Assembly: GCA_016213725.1 (NCBI GenBank)
Contig: JACQZS010000206.1
Span: 11,633-75,632 of the forward strand
Reading direction: 5' to 3'
DNA from: Acidobacteriota bacterium
Lineage (GTDB): Bacteria; Acidobacteriota; Terriglobia; Bryobacterales; Bryobacteraceae
DNA: 64,000 nt
Shown here piece by piece: positions 1-9,855 of the stretch (position 1 is the first letter of the stretch; every line of letters begins with the position of its first letter). The notes under the pieces are model-generated. The model saw only the letters and a program-made list of their open reading frames with translations. It searched no databases and had not been told where the DNA came from. Position numbers and translations under genes: made by a program.

Positions 1-1313
1 TTTTCAATGTCGAATGCGTCGCCTCCGCTGAAGCCGTTGCCGGCGATCTCGCCCCGGTCACCGGTCCCTATCAGCCCAAGGGCGCCGTCTCCTCCAAGGC
101 CGAAGTCGCCTACCTCGTCCCCTGGGGCTCCCAGGCCGCCGGCCGCTTCCTCACCGCCGCCCTGCGCGCCGATCTCAAGATCATCTCCGCCAACAAGCCA
201 TTCACCCAGGCCGGCCGCAAGTACCCCTCGGGCACGCTCATCCTCATGGTGAAGCAAAATCCCGCCGCGGTTCACGATCAAGTGGCCCGCATCGCCGCCG
301 CCAGCGGCGCTGAGGTCATCGCCACCAGCACCAGTTGGGTGGAAGAGGGCATCAACTTCGGCAGCAACAATTCCATCGTCCTCAAAAAACCCGCTGTCGC
401 CATGCTCTGGGATTCGCCTACCTCCGGCTCTTCCGCCGGCCAGACGCGCTTCGTCCTCGAGCGCCAGTTCGGCTACCCCGTCACCGTCATTCGCGCCGCC
501 TCGCTCGGCATGGCGGACCTGACCAAGTTCCAGGTCCTCATCCTGCCCGAAGGCGGCTACGGCGCCACCGTATCGCCCGCCGCGGCAGACCGCATCAAGC
601 AGTGGGTGCGCAACGGCGGCACACTGGTCGCCTTCGGCAGCGCGCTTTCCTATCTCTCCAGCCCGGCCGTCGGCCTGCTCGGTCTGCAGCAGGAAGGCCT
701 CGCCAAGGACGCCGCCTCCCCCGCCGCCAAGCCGGCTGACCCGGCCAAGCCCGCCGATGCCGCTAAGCCCTCCGCGGCTTCCGGCGCCGTGGCTGGCGCC
801 TCCTCTCCAGCCCCCGGCGGCCCCGCATCCCCCGGCCCCGGCGGCCCCGGCGTCGCGCCCGCTCCCGGCAAACTCCTGGCCAAGCAGGAAGACTACGAGA
901 AGGCCATTCAGCCCGATTCGCAGTTGCCCGATGCCGTCGCCGGCGTGCTCGTCAAGGCGAAAGTCGATCCTGAAACCTGGGTCACCGCCGGCCTGCCGGA
1001 AACGGTGAACGTGCTGGTGGACGGCCGCTACATCTTTGCCCCCATCAAGCGCGATAAGGGCGTCAATGCCATCGTCTACGATGCCCCCGATAAGCTCCTG
1101 CTCTCCGGCTACATCTGGGAAGAGAACCGCAAACAGCTCGCCTTCAAGCCCTTCGTGGTGCTCTCCAGTGAAGGCCGCGGCAATGTCGTCGGCTTCACCT
1201 CCGACCCCAACTTCCGCGCCTTCATGGACGGCCTCAATGTCGCCTTCCTCAACGCCGTCTTCCGCGCCCCCACCAGCCTCGGACGCGGCGGCGCCGAACA
1301 CGAGAACGAATAG
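1..1313 (+). CDS. C-terminal part of a probable M14-family zinc carboxypeptidase-like secreted protein (5' truncated by window)
   Basis: Frame 3 is open from the window start (FNVECVAS...AYLVPWGS...). The C-terminal GATase-like region (VLILPEGG, WVRNGGTLVA, GFTSDPNFRAF) is typical of long M14-like peptidases. The catalytic domain is not in the window. Confidence 0.6.
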   Translation, partial: FNVECVASAEAVAGDLAPVTGPYQPKGAVSSKAEVAYLVPWGSQAAGRFLTAALRADLKIISANKPFTQAGRKYPSGTLILMVKQNPAAVHDQVARIAAASGAEVIATSTSWVEEGINFGSNNSIVLKKPAVAMLWDSPTSGSSAGQTRFVLERQFGYPVTVIRAASLGMADLTKFQVLILPEGGYGATVSPAAADRIKQWVRNGGTLVAFGSALSYLSSPAVGLLGLQQEGLAKDAASPAAKPADPAKPADAAKPSAASGAVAGASSPAPGGPASPGPGGPGVAPAPGKLLAKQEDYEKAIQPDSQLPDAVAGVLVKAKVDPETWVTAGLPETVNVLVDGRYIFAPIKRDKGVNAIVYDAPDKLLLSGYIWEENRKQLAFKPFVVLSSEGRGNVVGFTSDPNFRAFMDGLNVAFLNAVFRAPTSLGRGGAEHENE

Positions 1314-1339
1314 GCGTTCCATCCGCTCCAGAACACAGG

Positions 1340-1370
1340 CAGGCCCGCCATCGCGGGCCTGTCACGTTTT
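1340..1370 (+). terminator. GC-rich hairpin, probable terminator
   Basis: CAGGCCCGC-CATC-GCGGGCCTG followed by TCACGTTTT, lying between convergent genes. Confidence 0.45.
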
Positions 1371-1484
1371 CGAGTGGCACTGCTCCCCCCGCGCCCCGGG
1401 AGAGGCCCGGTAATTCGCGCCGCGGCCTTCGCCTGCCTGCGATTGTTCTCTGTAGATCCCCGGTCAGGATCGCGGCGCTTCGGG

Positions 1485-2102
1485 CTACAGCTCCAGCAAG
1501 TGGCCCATTCTCTTTTTCTTTGTCTTCATGTAGCGCGCGCTGTGGTGCCCGCGCGGCTCCGCCTGGCAGGGTACCCGTTCCGCCACCCGCACCCCGGCCG
1601 CTTCCATCGCCGCGATCTTGTCGGGGTTGTTCGTCATCAGGCGCACCGCCTGGACCCCTAGAAAATTCAGAATCGCGCCCGGCACGCTGTACTCTCGCAG
1701 GTCCGCCTCAAAGCCCAGTTGCTCGTTGGCCTCCACGGTGTCTGCTCCGCCGTCCTGCAGTTGGTAGGCCCGCAGTTTGTTCAGCAGGCCGATGCCGCGC
1801 CCTTCTTTCTTTTCGTAGATCACCATTCAGCGGCCTTCGGCGGCAATCGTCTCCAGCGCCAGCTCCAGTTGGGCCCGGCAGTCGCATCGGAGTGAGTGGA
1901 ACACGTCGCCGGTGAGGCACTGCGAGTGCACCCGCACCAGCAGCGGCTCCGGCGCGGTCGCGTCGCCCATCACCAGCGCCACGGCCTCTTCGCGGGAGCG
2001 GCCCTTGCGGCCTTCAAAGCCGTGGATGCGAAAATGTCCGTACTCGGTGGGGAAATCGGCCTCGGCCACCCGGCGAATCTCGAGTTGTTGGGGATCTACC
2101 AT
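1485..2102 (-). pseudogene. ribA: GTP cyclohydrolase II interrupted by an in-frame TGA at 1827-1829 (pseudogene, split gene or sequence error)
   Basis: ORFs 1827..2102 and 1485..1826 are in the same frame. Motifs [49 protein letters not shown] and KTKK..MGHLL are present. Confidence 0.85.
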
Positions 2103-2173
2103 GAACGGCGTGGCTTCTGCCTTTATTTTAGTATGGTCGGGAGGGCCTCATCCTCTCTTCTGAAGTGCGGTCG

Positions 2174-3463
2174 ATGGATACACAAGCCATTATCCTGATG
2201 ATCAAGCTGGCGGCCGCCGCCTCCATCGCCAGTATTCTCTCCCGCTCTTCCCGCTTCCTCAACATCCTCCTGCACGAGGATCGCACCCTCCTCGAACGCC
2301 TCCAGCTCACCTCCGGCATCTCGGCCTTCTGCGCCACCGGAAGCGCCGTGCGCGTCTTCACCGGCAGCTATGCCGCTGCCGACATGTGCCTCGAAGGAAG
2401 CCTCCTCGCAGGCATCATCGGAGGCTATATCTCCGGCCTCCTTACCGGCATCGTCTGCTCTCTGCCCGCCGTGCTGCACGGCGAGTATCTCGCCACCCCC
2501 TTGTACGCCGCCGTCGGCGTCATGGGCGGCCTTCTCCGGGATCTCGCTTCAGAGCCCGAAGAGGTCTGGCGCCTCTCCCCCTTCTTTGACCTCAGCCTCT
2601 ACCGCCTTCTGCGCTACCCGGACTCGCGTGCCCGCAGTCTCTTCCAGATCGCCGGCCTCTGCGCCATCCTCCTGGCTGAGCTCATGCGCTTCACCCTCCT
2701 CCGCCTCTTCGGCTCCCAATTGATCTTCAATCTCTACGATCCCCAGCGCGGCTGGGCCAACGCCGCCGTCTTCATCACCACCGCCTTCACCGTCTCCATC
2801 CCCATCAAGATCTGGGGCAGCGCCCGCAACGAGCGCCTGCTCGAGAATAAGGAGCGTCTCCTCGTCCAAGCCCGCCTCAGCGCCCTCAGCTCCCAGATCA
2901 ACCCCCATTTCCTCTTCAACACCCTCAACACCGTCAGCTCCCTCATCCGCACCGACCCCGAAAAGGCCCGCCTCGTCGTCTACCGCCTCTCCAGCATCCT
3001 CCGCCGCCTCCTTCGCAAAACCGACAACTTCGCGCCCCTGCGCGAGGAGCTCGCCTTCATCGACGACTATCTCTCCATCGAAATCGCCCGCTTCGGCGAC
3101 AAGCTCCGCTTCGAAAAGAAGGTGGACGAGCGCACCCTGGACTGCCAGGTCCCCTCCATGCTCCTCCAGCCCCTCATCGAGAACAGCATCAAGCACGGCC
3201 TCGCCCCCAAGCTCAACGGCGGCACCATCGTCCTTGAAAGCTACTTTGAACGCCAACCCGAGGGCTTGCGCCTCGTCCTCTCCGTGGCGGACGATGGAGT
3301 GGGCATCGAGGATGAGAGTCTCTCCTCCATCCTGGAGCACCCGGGAATCGGCGTCTCTAACGTCAACGAGAGGCTGCAGGTGCTGTTCGGTGCGAGCTAC
3401 CGCCTCAGCATCACCTCACAAAAGGGCGAAGGAACGCGCACTTTGATCGAGATTCCAGCCTGA
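2174..3463 (+). CDS. LytS/YehU-type membrane sensor histidine kinase
   Basis: Multiple N-terminal TM segments; QINPHFLFNTLN, LQPLIENSIKHG, DDGVG and GIGVSNV motifs. Confidence 0.9.
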   Translation: MDTQAIILMIKLAAAASIASILSRSSRFLNILLHEDRTLLERLQLTSGISAFCATGSAVRVFTGSYAAADMCLEGSLLAGIIGGYISGLLTGIVCSLPAVLHGEYLATPLYAAVGVMGGLLRDLASEPEEVWRLSPFFDLSLYRLLRYPDSRARSLFQIAGLCAILLAELMRFTLLRLFGSQLIFNLYDPQRGWANAAVFITTAFTVSIPIKIWGSARNERLLENKERLLVQARLSALSSQINPHFLFNTLNTVSSLIRTDPEKARLVVYRLSSILRRLLRKTDNFAPLREELAFIDDYLSIEIARFGDKLRFEKKVDERTLDCQVPSMLLQPLIENSIKHGLAPKLNGGTIVLESYFERQPEGLRLVLSVADDGVGIEDESLSSILEHPGIGVSNVNERLQVLFGASYRLSITSQKGEGTRTLIEIPA

Positions 3464-3469
3464 GGTTCT

Positions 3470-3497
3470 GCAACCACATCGCCCGCTCCGCCGTCAT
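3470..3497 (+). promoter_or_regulatory. ECF-sigma-type promoter candidate
   Basis: GCAACC-N16-CGTCAT, about 30 nt upstream of the SD/ATG at 3529. Confidence 0.45.
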
Positions 3498-3528
3498 ACC
3501 GGATGTCCGCTGTCTGCAGGAGGCTTAC

Positions 3529-4383
3529 ATGATTCGCCGTTTTGTTCTCGCCGCCGCCGTGGCCGCTCTCGCCGTTCCCGCCATCTGGGCCCAACGGGCC
3601 GAGCGCGCTGAACGCTCCAAGGCCATCCTGGATGCTCGCACTGAGCCGGGCACCTTCACCCCCGACGCCCGCGCCATGGTGCGCGCCGCTGCCCGCCAGG
3701 CCGGCTCCTCCTCCCGCGCCGCCGCCGCCGCTGACAAGTCTTACTCTGCCCTCCCCATGGCTGGAGGGGTTACCCAGGTCAACCTCTTCGACACCGGCCG
3801 CGAAGCCTACTTCGTGCTCACTGAAGTCATGCCCGCAGGCAGCACCGTCCAGGCTTACATCATGCTGCCTAAGAAGAACCAGAACGACCCCGCGGTCGAG
3901 CTTCCTCTCGAGGCCCGCAACGTCATCGAAGACCTCCCCGTCGGCTACTCTTTCTACCTCACCGGCATCAAGACCCTCGGCGACTTCTGGCCCAAAGGGA
4001 TCACAACCTACTACGTTGTCGTCACTAAGCCTAGCGGCGAAAAGACCATGTCCGCCACTGACTTCTCCGCCCGCGGCTACTTCCGCGATATCGTCGACAC
4101 CTCCTACGTGATCCCGGGCATCAACTGGTACCGCCAGTTCGTCCAGGACGGTTCGGTCTTCGTTGAAATCAAAGGCCGCTTCCTCTCCTCCAAGCTCGCT
4201 TATGTGGTCTTCGAAGACATCGTCGCTCCTCAGGACGCCATCAAGGTGGTTGACGATTCCACCATCGTGGTCAACCTCAGCAAGGTTCCTAACTTCGATA
4301 CAACCCTCATGAAGGGCTATCTCCTCACCGTCGGACAGGACTCCTGGACCGATACCTATCCTTTCCGCTACACCCCCATCTAG
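3529..4383 (+). CDS. Secreted hypothetical protein (beta-rich, possibly Ig-like domains)
   Basis: Sec signal (MIRRFVLAAAVAALAVPAIWA), SD AGGAGG, genome-typical codon usage. Confidence 0.8.
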   Translation: MIRRFVLAAAVAALAVPAIWAQRAERAERSKAILDARTEPGTFTPDARAMVRAAARQAGSSSRAAAAADKSYSALPMAGGVTQVNLFDTGREAYFVLTEVMPAGSTVQAYIMLPKKNQNDPAVELPLEARNVIEDLPVGYSFYLTGIKTLGDFWPKGITTYYVVVTKPSGEKTMSATDFSARGYFRDIVDTSYVIPGINWYRQFVQDGSVFVEIKGRFLSSKLAYVVFEDIVAPQDAIKVVDDSTIVVNLSKVPNFDTTLMKGYLLTVGQDSWTDTYPFRYTPI

Positions 4384-4563
4384 GCCAGCCATGAGCGCAG
4401 CAGGCGGCCATGCCTGCCCCCGGCCGCCCAACCCGGCTCCCTCTTCCTCGGCAACGCTGCTTGTGAGACCGGAGTATCCTCGAATCAGGTGCACCTGCCG
4501 ATAAGGTAGGTGAAGCCGAAACTCTCTCCCCGGTGAGCGGGTTTCTGTTTATAGGCCAACTCC

Positions 4564-6912
4564 ATGAATCTACGCTTCTTGCTTGCCGTCACGTTGTCTT
4601 GCGTGGCCGCGCTCGCCCAGGACGTCGTTCCGGGTCGCTTCATTGTTGAACTCTCCGGGGCGCCGGCGCTCGGTCACCGCTCGCCTGACCTCCGCCGTTC
4701 TGAAATCGCCGCCCAGCACCGGTCCCTGGAACGTTTGCTGCAAAACCGGCAGTTCAGAGTACTGGCGCGCGTGGATACCGTGGCAAATGCCCTTGTCGTT
4801 CAGGCGCCGGATGCCGCCTCGTTGGCGATCCTGCCGGGCGTCCTCCGCGTCGTTCCGGTCCGCGCTCTGCGTCCCATGCTCTATCGCGCCCTCGTGAACC
4901 ATGAGGTGGCTCCCGCCTGGGACCTGGCCGGCGGCATTGCTTCCGCCGGCGCCGGCATGAAAGTCGCCATCCTCGACACGGGCATCACCCCCTCCCATCC
5001 CGGCTTCCAGCCGCCTGAGGGCTTCACCGCGCCGGAAGGCTTTCCCAAGGCCAACAGCGACGCCAATCTCGCCCTTACTAATGCCAAAGTCATTGTTGCC
5101 CGCAGCTTCGACTCCGGCAGCGTGCAGGACCGCGACGGACACGGCACCGCGGTAGCAATGTGCGCCGCCGGCGTGCGCCATGAGAGCCCTCGCGGCACCC
5201 TCTCCGGTGTCGCCCCCGCCGCCTGGATTGGCGCCTACCGCGTCTCCAACCTCGCCGATGGCCTCTTCTACACCGATGTCGTGCTCCAGGCGCTGGACTG
5301 GGCCGCCAAGGACGGCATGGACGTGATCAATCTCAGTTTCGGCAGCGTCGGGGCCTTTGGCGCCGAAAACGACACCATCTTCCTCAACGGCCTCCGCCGC
5401 CTGCTGGACAACGGCGTCGTAGTGATCAACTCCGCCGGCAATACCCCCGGGCCCTCCACCGTGGACGACACTGCCTCCGCTGAACCCGTCATTGCCGTCG
5501 GGTCCAACAACTCCACTCCTTCCGCTTCCACCGCTGTCGTCCCCTCCGTCGGCCAGCCCTTCTCCGCTGCCGCCTCCAGCAACGTCACTTCGCTCGATCC
5601 CATGATGGCTCCCATGGTCGATGCCGAAACTCTGGGCAACGCCCGCGGCTGCCAGCCTTTTGAGCCCGGCAGCCTCACCGGCCGCTTCCCCCTCATCGAA
5701 CGCGGCGACTGTTTCTTCTACGAGAAGCTCGCCAATGCGGCCACCGGCGGCGCTGTCGCGGCTGTCATCTTCAACTCCGCCAGCCCCTCTTCCGGCACCC
5801 CGGACGATCTCATCACCATGTCCGTGGAAGACAACCCCACCATCCCCGGTCTCTTCATCGGAAACACCGACGGACAGAAACTCAAAACCCTCATCCAGAC
5901 CGTGGAAGACCTCCAGGTCCAGCTCCGCTTCCCCAATCCCTCCGCCAAACCCAACTCCGTCTCCTCCTTCTCCAGCCGCGGACCTGCCATGGACTTGCGC
6001 ATCAAGCCCGATCTTGTCGCCACCGGCAACCCCGTCTACACGGCCGCCATCCCCGCTTCCTCCTCCACCTGCGACATCTGCGATCCCTCCGGCTACATCT
6101 CCGTAGCGGGCACCAGTTTCTCGGCGCCCATCACCGCCGGCGCCGCGGCCGTTCTCAAAGCCGCCCGCCCCGGCCTGTCTCTGGACAACTACCGCTCCCT
6201 GCTCATCAATTCCGCTGCGCCCCTGAAGCTATCCACCGGAGCCGTTGCTCCCATCATGTCCGCCGGCGCCGGCATCCTCAATCTGAAGAACGCCGTCGCC
6301 TCCACCCTTGCGGTCTCTCCCGTTAGCCTCAGCTTCCAGTCCGGCTCCGGCACCATTGACTCTCAACGGCCGCTGACCTTCAAGAACCTCTCCTCCGAAC
6401 CCGCCGAGTACCAGCTCAGCGTGGAGTCGGCCAGTGATTCCAAGCCTGTCCTGGACACCACACTTCTGCAGTTGGAGCCCGGCGCGCAGCAGACCGTCCA
6501 GTTGACGTTCTCCTCCGCCGGCCTGGCCCCCGGCGGCTATGAAGGCTTCGTCAAGGCCGTTCAGTCGTCCACCTCCGCTGAGACCCGCATCCCTTACTGG
6601 TACGCCGTGGAGGGCTCCCCGGCCGGCGGCATCGCCGTGCTGCGCTCCACGCCCGCCAATCCATTGCCCGGTGCCACCCTGAGCGTCTATGTCCGCATCC
6701 ACGACAAGGCCGGCCTCGTCCTATCCCAACCCACTCCCGTCGTGAACCCGGTCTCCGGTGGAGGACAGGTGGTCTCGGTGGTCAGCGGTAACCGGACTTA
6801 CCCCAATAGCTGGCTCATCGCCTATCAGACCGGACCCATTGCCGGCCCCAACGTCTTCACCGTCCGCGTCGGCGACGAATCCTTCAACCTCCAGGTCACT
6901 ACTGGAAACTGA
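4564..6912 (+). CDS. Secreted S8 subtilisin-family serine protease with PA domain and C-terminal Ig/Fn3-like domains
   Basis: Signal peptide; catalytic triad motifs ILDTG, HGTAVA and GTSFSAP; PA insert LIERGDCFF; SFSSRGP..KPDLVA. Confidence 0.92.
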   Translation: MNLRFLLAVTLSCVAALAQDVVPGRFIVELSGAPALGHRSPDLRRSEIAAQHRSLERLLQNRQFRVLARVDTVANALVVQAPDAASLAILPGVLRVVPVRALRPMLYRALVNHEVAPAWDLAGGIASAGAGMKVAILDTGITPSHPGFQPPEGFTAPEGFPKANSDANLALTNAKVIVARSFDSGSVQDRDGHGTAVAMCAAGVRHESPRGTLSGVAPAAWIGAYRVSNLADGLFYTDVVLQALDWAAKDGMDVINLSFGSVGAFGAENDTIFLNGLRRLLDNGVVVINSAGNTPGPSTVDDTASAEPVIAVGSNNSTPSASTAVVPSVGQPFSAAASSNVTSLDPMMAPMVDAETLGNARGCQPFEPGSLTGRFPLIERGDCFFYEKLANAATGGAVAAVIFNSASPSSGTPDDLITMSVEDNPTIPGLFIGNTDGQKLKTLIQTVEDLQVQLRFPNPSAKPNSVSSFSSRGPAMDLRIKPDLVATGNPVYTAAIPASSSTCDICDPSGYISVAGTSFSAPITAGAAAVLKAARPGLSLDNYRSLLINSAAPLKLSTGAVAPIMSAGAGILNLKNAVASTLAVSPVSLSFQSGSGTIDSQRPLTFKNLSSEPAEYQLSVESASDSKPVLDTTLLQLEPGAQQTVQLTFSSAGLAPGGYEGFVKAVQSSTSAETRIPYWYAVEGSPAGGIAVLRSTPANPLPGATLSVYVRIHDKAGLVLSQPTPVVNPVSGGGQVVSVVSGNRTYPNSWLIAYQTGPIAGPNVFTVRVGDESFNLQVTTGN

Positions 6913-6964
6913 ATTCGCTGTGCCATCGAGGACGAAACAGCGGCCCCGCCACCGGGCTGTATTC

Positions 6965-6970
6965 TATAAT
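6965..6970 (+). promoter_or_regulatory. -10 box upstream of greA
   Basis: Perfect TATAAT about 30 nt before the ATG, in a GC-rich background. Confidence 0.55.
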
Positions 6971-7000
6971 CGGAGTCTGGGAGACCGATAGGAACAATCC

Positions 7001-7471
7001 ATGGAGGATCTGAAAAAGAAGATCCAGGAAGAGATCACCGCGCTCGAGTACGAGCTGCGCAATGAGCTGCCCAAGGAGATCCTGAAAGCTCGCGCGCACG
7101 GTGACCTCCGCGAGAACGCTGAGTTTCATGCGGCGAAGGAGCGCCAGCGCTTCGTCGATGCCCGCCTCTCGCAGCTCAAGAAGCGCCTCATGGACTTCTC
7201 CCTCATCGACTTGACCAAGATCCCCCACGGCCGTGTCGGCCTCGGCTCCACCGTGGTCGTGCTCGACCTGATCAAGGACGAGGAGATCACTTATAAGATC
7301 GTGGCCAGTGAGGAAGCCGATGCGACCAAGGGCATGATCTCCACCAGTTCTCCCATTGGCCGCGGCCTGCTCGGTAAGCAGGAAGGCGACGAAGTTTCCA
7401 TCTCCATCCCCGGCGGTGTCAGGAAGATGGAAATCGTCCGCCTCACCACCATTCACGACGCCGCCGACTAG
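7001..7471 (+). CDS. greA: Transcription elongation factor GreA
   Basis: ARAHGDLRENAEFHAAKE and ISTSSPIGRGLLGK motifs. Confidence 0.95.
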   Translation: MEDLKKKIQEEITALEYELRNELPKEILKARAHGDLRENAEFHAAKERQRFVDARLSQLKKRLMDFSLIDLTKIPHGRVGLGSTVVVLDLIKDEEITYKIVASEEADATKGMISTSSPIGRGLLGKQEGDEVSISIPGGVRKMEIVRLTTIHDAAD

Positions 7472-7485
7472 GAAGTAGCAGTTCG

Positions 7486-8094
7486 ATGACCTATACCCGC
7501 GCGATCGGCATCGGCGCCGGAAAAATACTCCACTGGATCGTCCGGGGCCTCGCCCTCTCTCGCATCCACCCCAACCTGCTCACCTTCATCGGCCTCCTGA
7601 TCAACATCTACGCCGCTTACCTGCTCGCCTCCGGCAAGTTCTTCTACGCCGGCCTTGTCATTATCGGAGCCGGCCTCTTCGACATGGTGGACGGCCGCGT
7701 GGCCCGCGCCACCCAGCAGGTCACCCGCTTCGGAGCTTTCTTCGACTCTGTCATCGACCGCTACTCCGACCTGGCCCTCCTCATGGGCCTGCTCGTCTAC
7801 TACGCCAACATCAACCGCAACTTCTACGTCATCCTCACCGCCATCGTCATGACCGCCTCCGTCATGATCAGCTACACCCGCGCCCGCGCCGAAAATGAGA
7901 TCCCCTCCTGCAAGGCCGGTTTTCTGGAGCGCCCCGAACGCGTGGTGCTGCTCATCATCGGCGCTCTCTTTGACCGCATGGCGCCCGTGCTATGGGTCAT
8001 CGCCGTCCTCGGCAACATCACGGTGGTCCACCGCATGATGCACACCTGGGATCACACCAAGAAGCTCGATTCCGCTCCCCCCGCCGCCAGTTAG
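7486..8094 (+). CDS. CDP-alcohol phosphatidyltransferase (PgsA/PI-synthase-like)
   Basis: Signature DMVDGRVAR...GAFFDSVIDR; hydrophobic protein. Confidence 0.9.
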   Translation: MTYTRAIGIGAGKILHWIVRGLALSRIHPNLLTFIGLLINIYAAYLLASGKFFYAGLVIIGAGLFDMVDGRVARATQQVTRFGAFFDSVIDRYSDLALLMGLLVYYANINRNFYVILTAIVMTASVMISYTRARAENEIPSCKAGFLERPERVVLLIIGALFDRMAPVLWVIAVLGNITVVHRMMHTWDHTKKLDSAPPAAS

Positions 8095-8471
8095 TCGCGT
8101 TCCAGAATCACGAACGCCTGCCCGTACTGTTCCGTGTGCGTCAGCGACAGGTGCACCCGCTGCACCCCCAACTTGGCCGCGAACTCCGCCGCAACTCCAT
8201 GAAACGAAAGCGTCGGCCGCCCACTCGGCAGGTTCGTCACCTCAAAGTCCTGCCACCTCACGCCCCGCCGCCACCCCGTCCCTATCGCCTTCATCCCGGC
8301 CTCTTTGGCGGCGAAGCGCGCCGCGTATCGCTCAAACTTGTTCGCCTTCCTCTCGACGTAGGCGATCTCCTTCGGCGTGAACACCCGTTCTATAAATCGA
8401 GTTCCATACCGCTCCACCGCCGCCTGGATCCGCGGCACCTCCGCCAGATCGATCCCTGTGCCCAGAATCAT
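8091..8471 (-). CDS. acpS: Holo-ACP synthase
   Basis: GTGIDL, RFAAKEA.MKA.GTG and HLSLTH motifs. Confidence 0.95.
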   Translation of the reverse strand: MILGTGIDLAEVPRIQAAVERYGTRFIERVFTPKEIAYVERKANKFERYAARFAAKEAGMKAIGTGWRRGVRWQDFEVTNLPSGRPTLSFHGVAAEFAAKLGVQRVHLSLTHTEQYGQAFVILERD

Positions 8472-8480
8472 CGCGCCTCC

Positions 8481-9344
8481 TTAGACAAACACCACGGTCT
8501 TGTTCCCGTACAGCAGCACCCGGTGTTGCAGGTGCCAGCGCACCGCCCGCGACAACACCATCCGTTCCGCGTCGCGGCCCTTCTCCACCAGGTCTTCCAA
8601 CTGGTCGCGGTGCGATACGCGGATCACCTCCTGGTCGATGATCGGCCCATCGTCCAGGATCTCAGTGACATAGTGCGCCGTCGCGCCAATCAGTTTCACG
8701 CCGCGCTCGAACGCCGCATGATACGGCCTGGCACCGCTAAATGCAGGCAAAAAAGAGTGATGCACGTTGATCACTCGCCCCGGAAACCGCGCCACAAACC
8801 CGCCCGACAGCACCTGCATGTAGCGCGCCAGCACCACCAGGTCCACGCCGTGCTCTTCCAGCAATGCGATCTGCCGCGCCTCTGCCTCGGCCTTGTTCGC
8901 ACCCTGCATCGGGATGTGGTGGAACGGAATGCCGTAAAAGCCGGCGAGTGCCTCCGCTTCCCGGTGATTGCTCACTACTAGCGCGATCTGGCAGGGCAAC
9001 TCGCCCGTGCGGTGCCGGTGCAGGAGGTCGGCGAAACAGTGTAAGTACTTGGAAACAAAGATAGCTACTCGCAATGGACGGCTTGAGTACTCCACCCGCC
9101 ATTGCATCTCGAAGCGGCGCGCGACGGCGGATTCGAAAGCGATGCGAAAAGTGCCCGAATCGAGCCCAAAATCGCTCAAATCCCACTCGATTCGCATGAA
9201 AAACTGCCCGGAAACGTCGTCCCGGTGCTCATCGGTGGAGAGGATGTTGGCGCCGTGCTGAAAGAGGAATCCCGATACCGAGGCCACCAGGCCCTTGGCG
9301 TCGGGGCAGTTGATCAGCAGGGTCGCGCTATTCCGGTCCGGCAT
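8481..9344 (-). CDS. purU: Formyltetrahydrofolate deformylase
   Basis: ACT domain CPDAKGLVA; LARYMQVLS; INVHHSFLPAF.GARPY; GVKLIGATAHYVT..LDDGPII. Confidence 0.95.
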   Translation of the reverse strand: MPDRNSATLLINCPDAKGLVASVSGFLFQHGANILSTDEHRDDVSGQFFMRIEWDLSDFGLDSGTFRIAFESAVARRFEMQWRVEYSSRPLRVAIFVSKYLHCFADLLHRHRTGELPCQIALVVSNHREAEALAGFYGIPFHHIPMQGANKAEAEARQIALLEEHGVDLVVLARYMQVLSGGFVARFPGRVINVHHSFLPAFSGARPYHAAFERGVKLIGATAHYVTEILDDGPIIDQEVIRVSHRDQLEDLVEKGRDAERMVLSRAVRWHLQHRVLLYGNKTVVFV

Positions 9345-9351
9345 GTCTCTT

Positions 9352-9798
9352 TCATCCTAGCTTGGACTCCACCAGCAGAGTCACAGGCCCTTCGTTCACC
9401 AGGCTGACGCTCATCATCGCCTGGAAGATGCCCGTCGCGGTGCGCACGCCGCGCGCGCGGGCGAGTTCCACGAAGCGTTCGTACAGAGCGCGGGCCTGCT
9501 CGGCCGGCGCGGCCAGGTCAAAGCTGGGGCGGCGGCCCTTGCGGGTATCTCCATACAGCGTGAACTGCGAAACCACCAATAGGCTGCCGCCGGTATCCAG
9601 CAGACTGAGGTTCATCTTGCCCGCCTCATCGGCGAAGATGCGCAGCCCCAGAATCCGGTCCAGCAGATAGGCCGCGTCCGCCTCGGTGTCCTCTTTGCGG
9701 ACGCCCAGCAGCACCATCAATCCCGCATCGATGGACCCGGTCACCGCACCTTCCACCACCACGCTGGCCCTCGACACCCTCTGCACAACTGCTTTCAT
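9352..9798 (-). CDS. dtd: D-aminoacyl-tRNA deacylase
   Basis: [20 protein letters not shown] and NEGPVT motifs; true start is the ATG at 9798. Confidence 0.95.
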   Translation of the reverse strand: MKAVVQRVSRASVVVEGAVTGSIDAGLMVLLGVRKEDTEADAAYLLDRILGLRIFADEAGKMNLSLLDTGGSLLVVSQFTLYGDTRKGRRPSFDLAAPAEQARALYERFVELARARGVRTATGIFQAMMSVSLVNEGPVTLLVESKLG

Positions 9799-9855
9799 CT
9801 CGGTAATTCCCCCTATGATCTGGAGTCCTTTCCCTGTCGATAGGAAAGGCAGCGC

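Noticed and set aside
1827-1829. TGA in ribA as selenocysteine or alternative genetic code
   Set aside because: The position aligns with Gly, not Cys; no SECIS-like hairpin recognised; TGA is used as a normal stop by many other genes here.
4478-4504. sigma28 promoter (GCCGATAA) upstream of the S8 protease
   Set aside because: The -10 matches but there is no TAAA/TCAA at the right spacing, and the motif sits in a hairpin loop.
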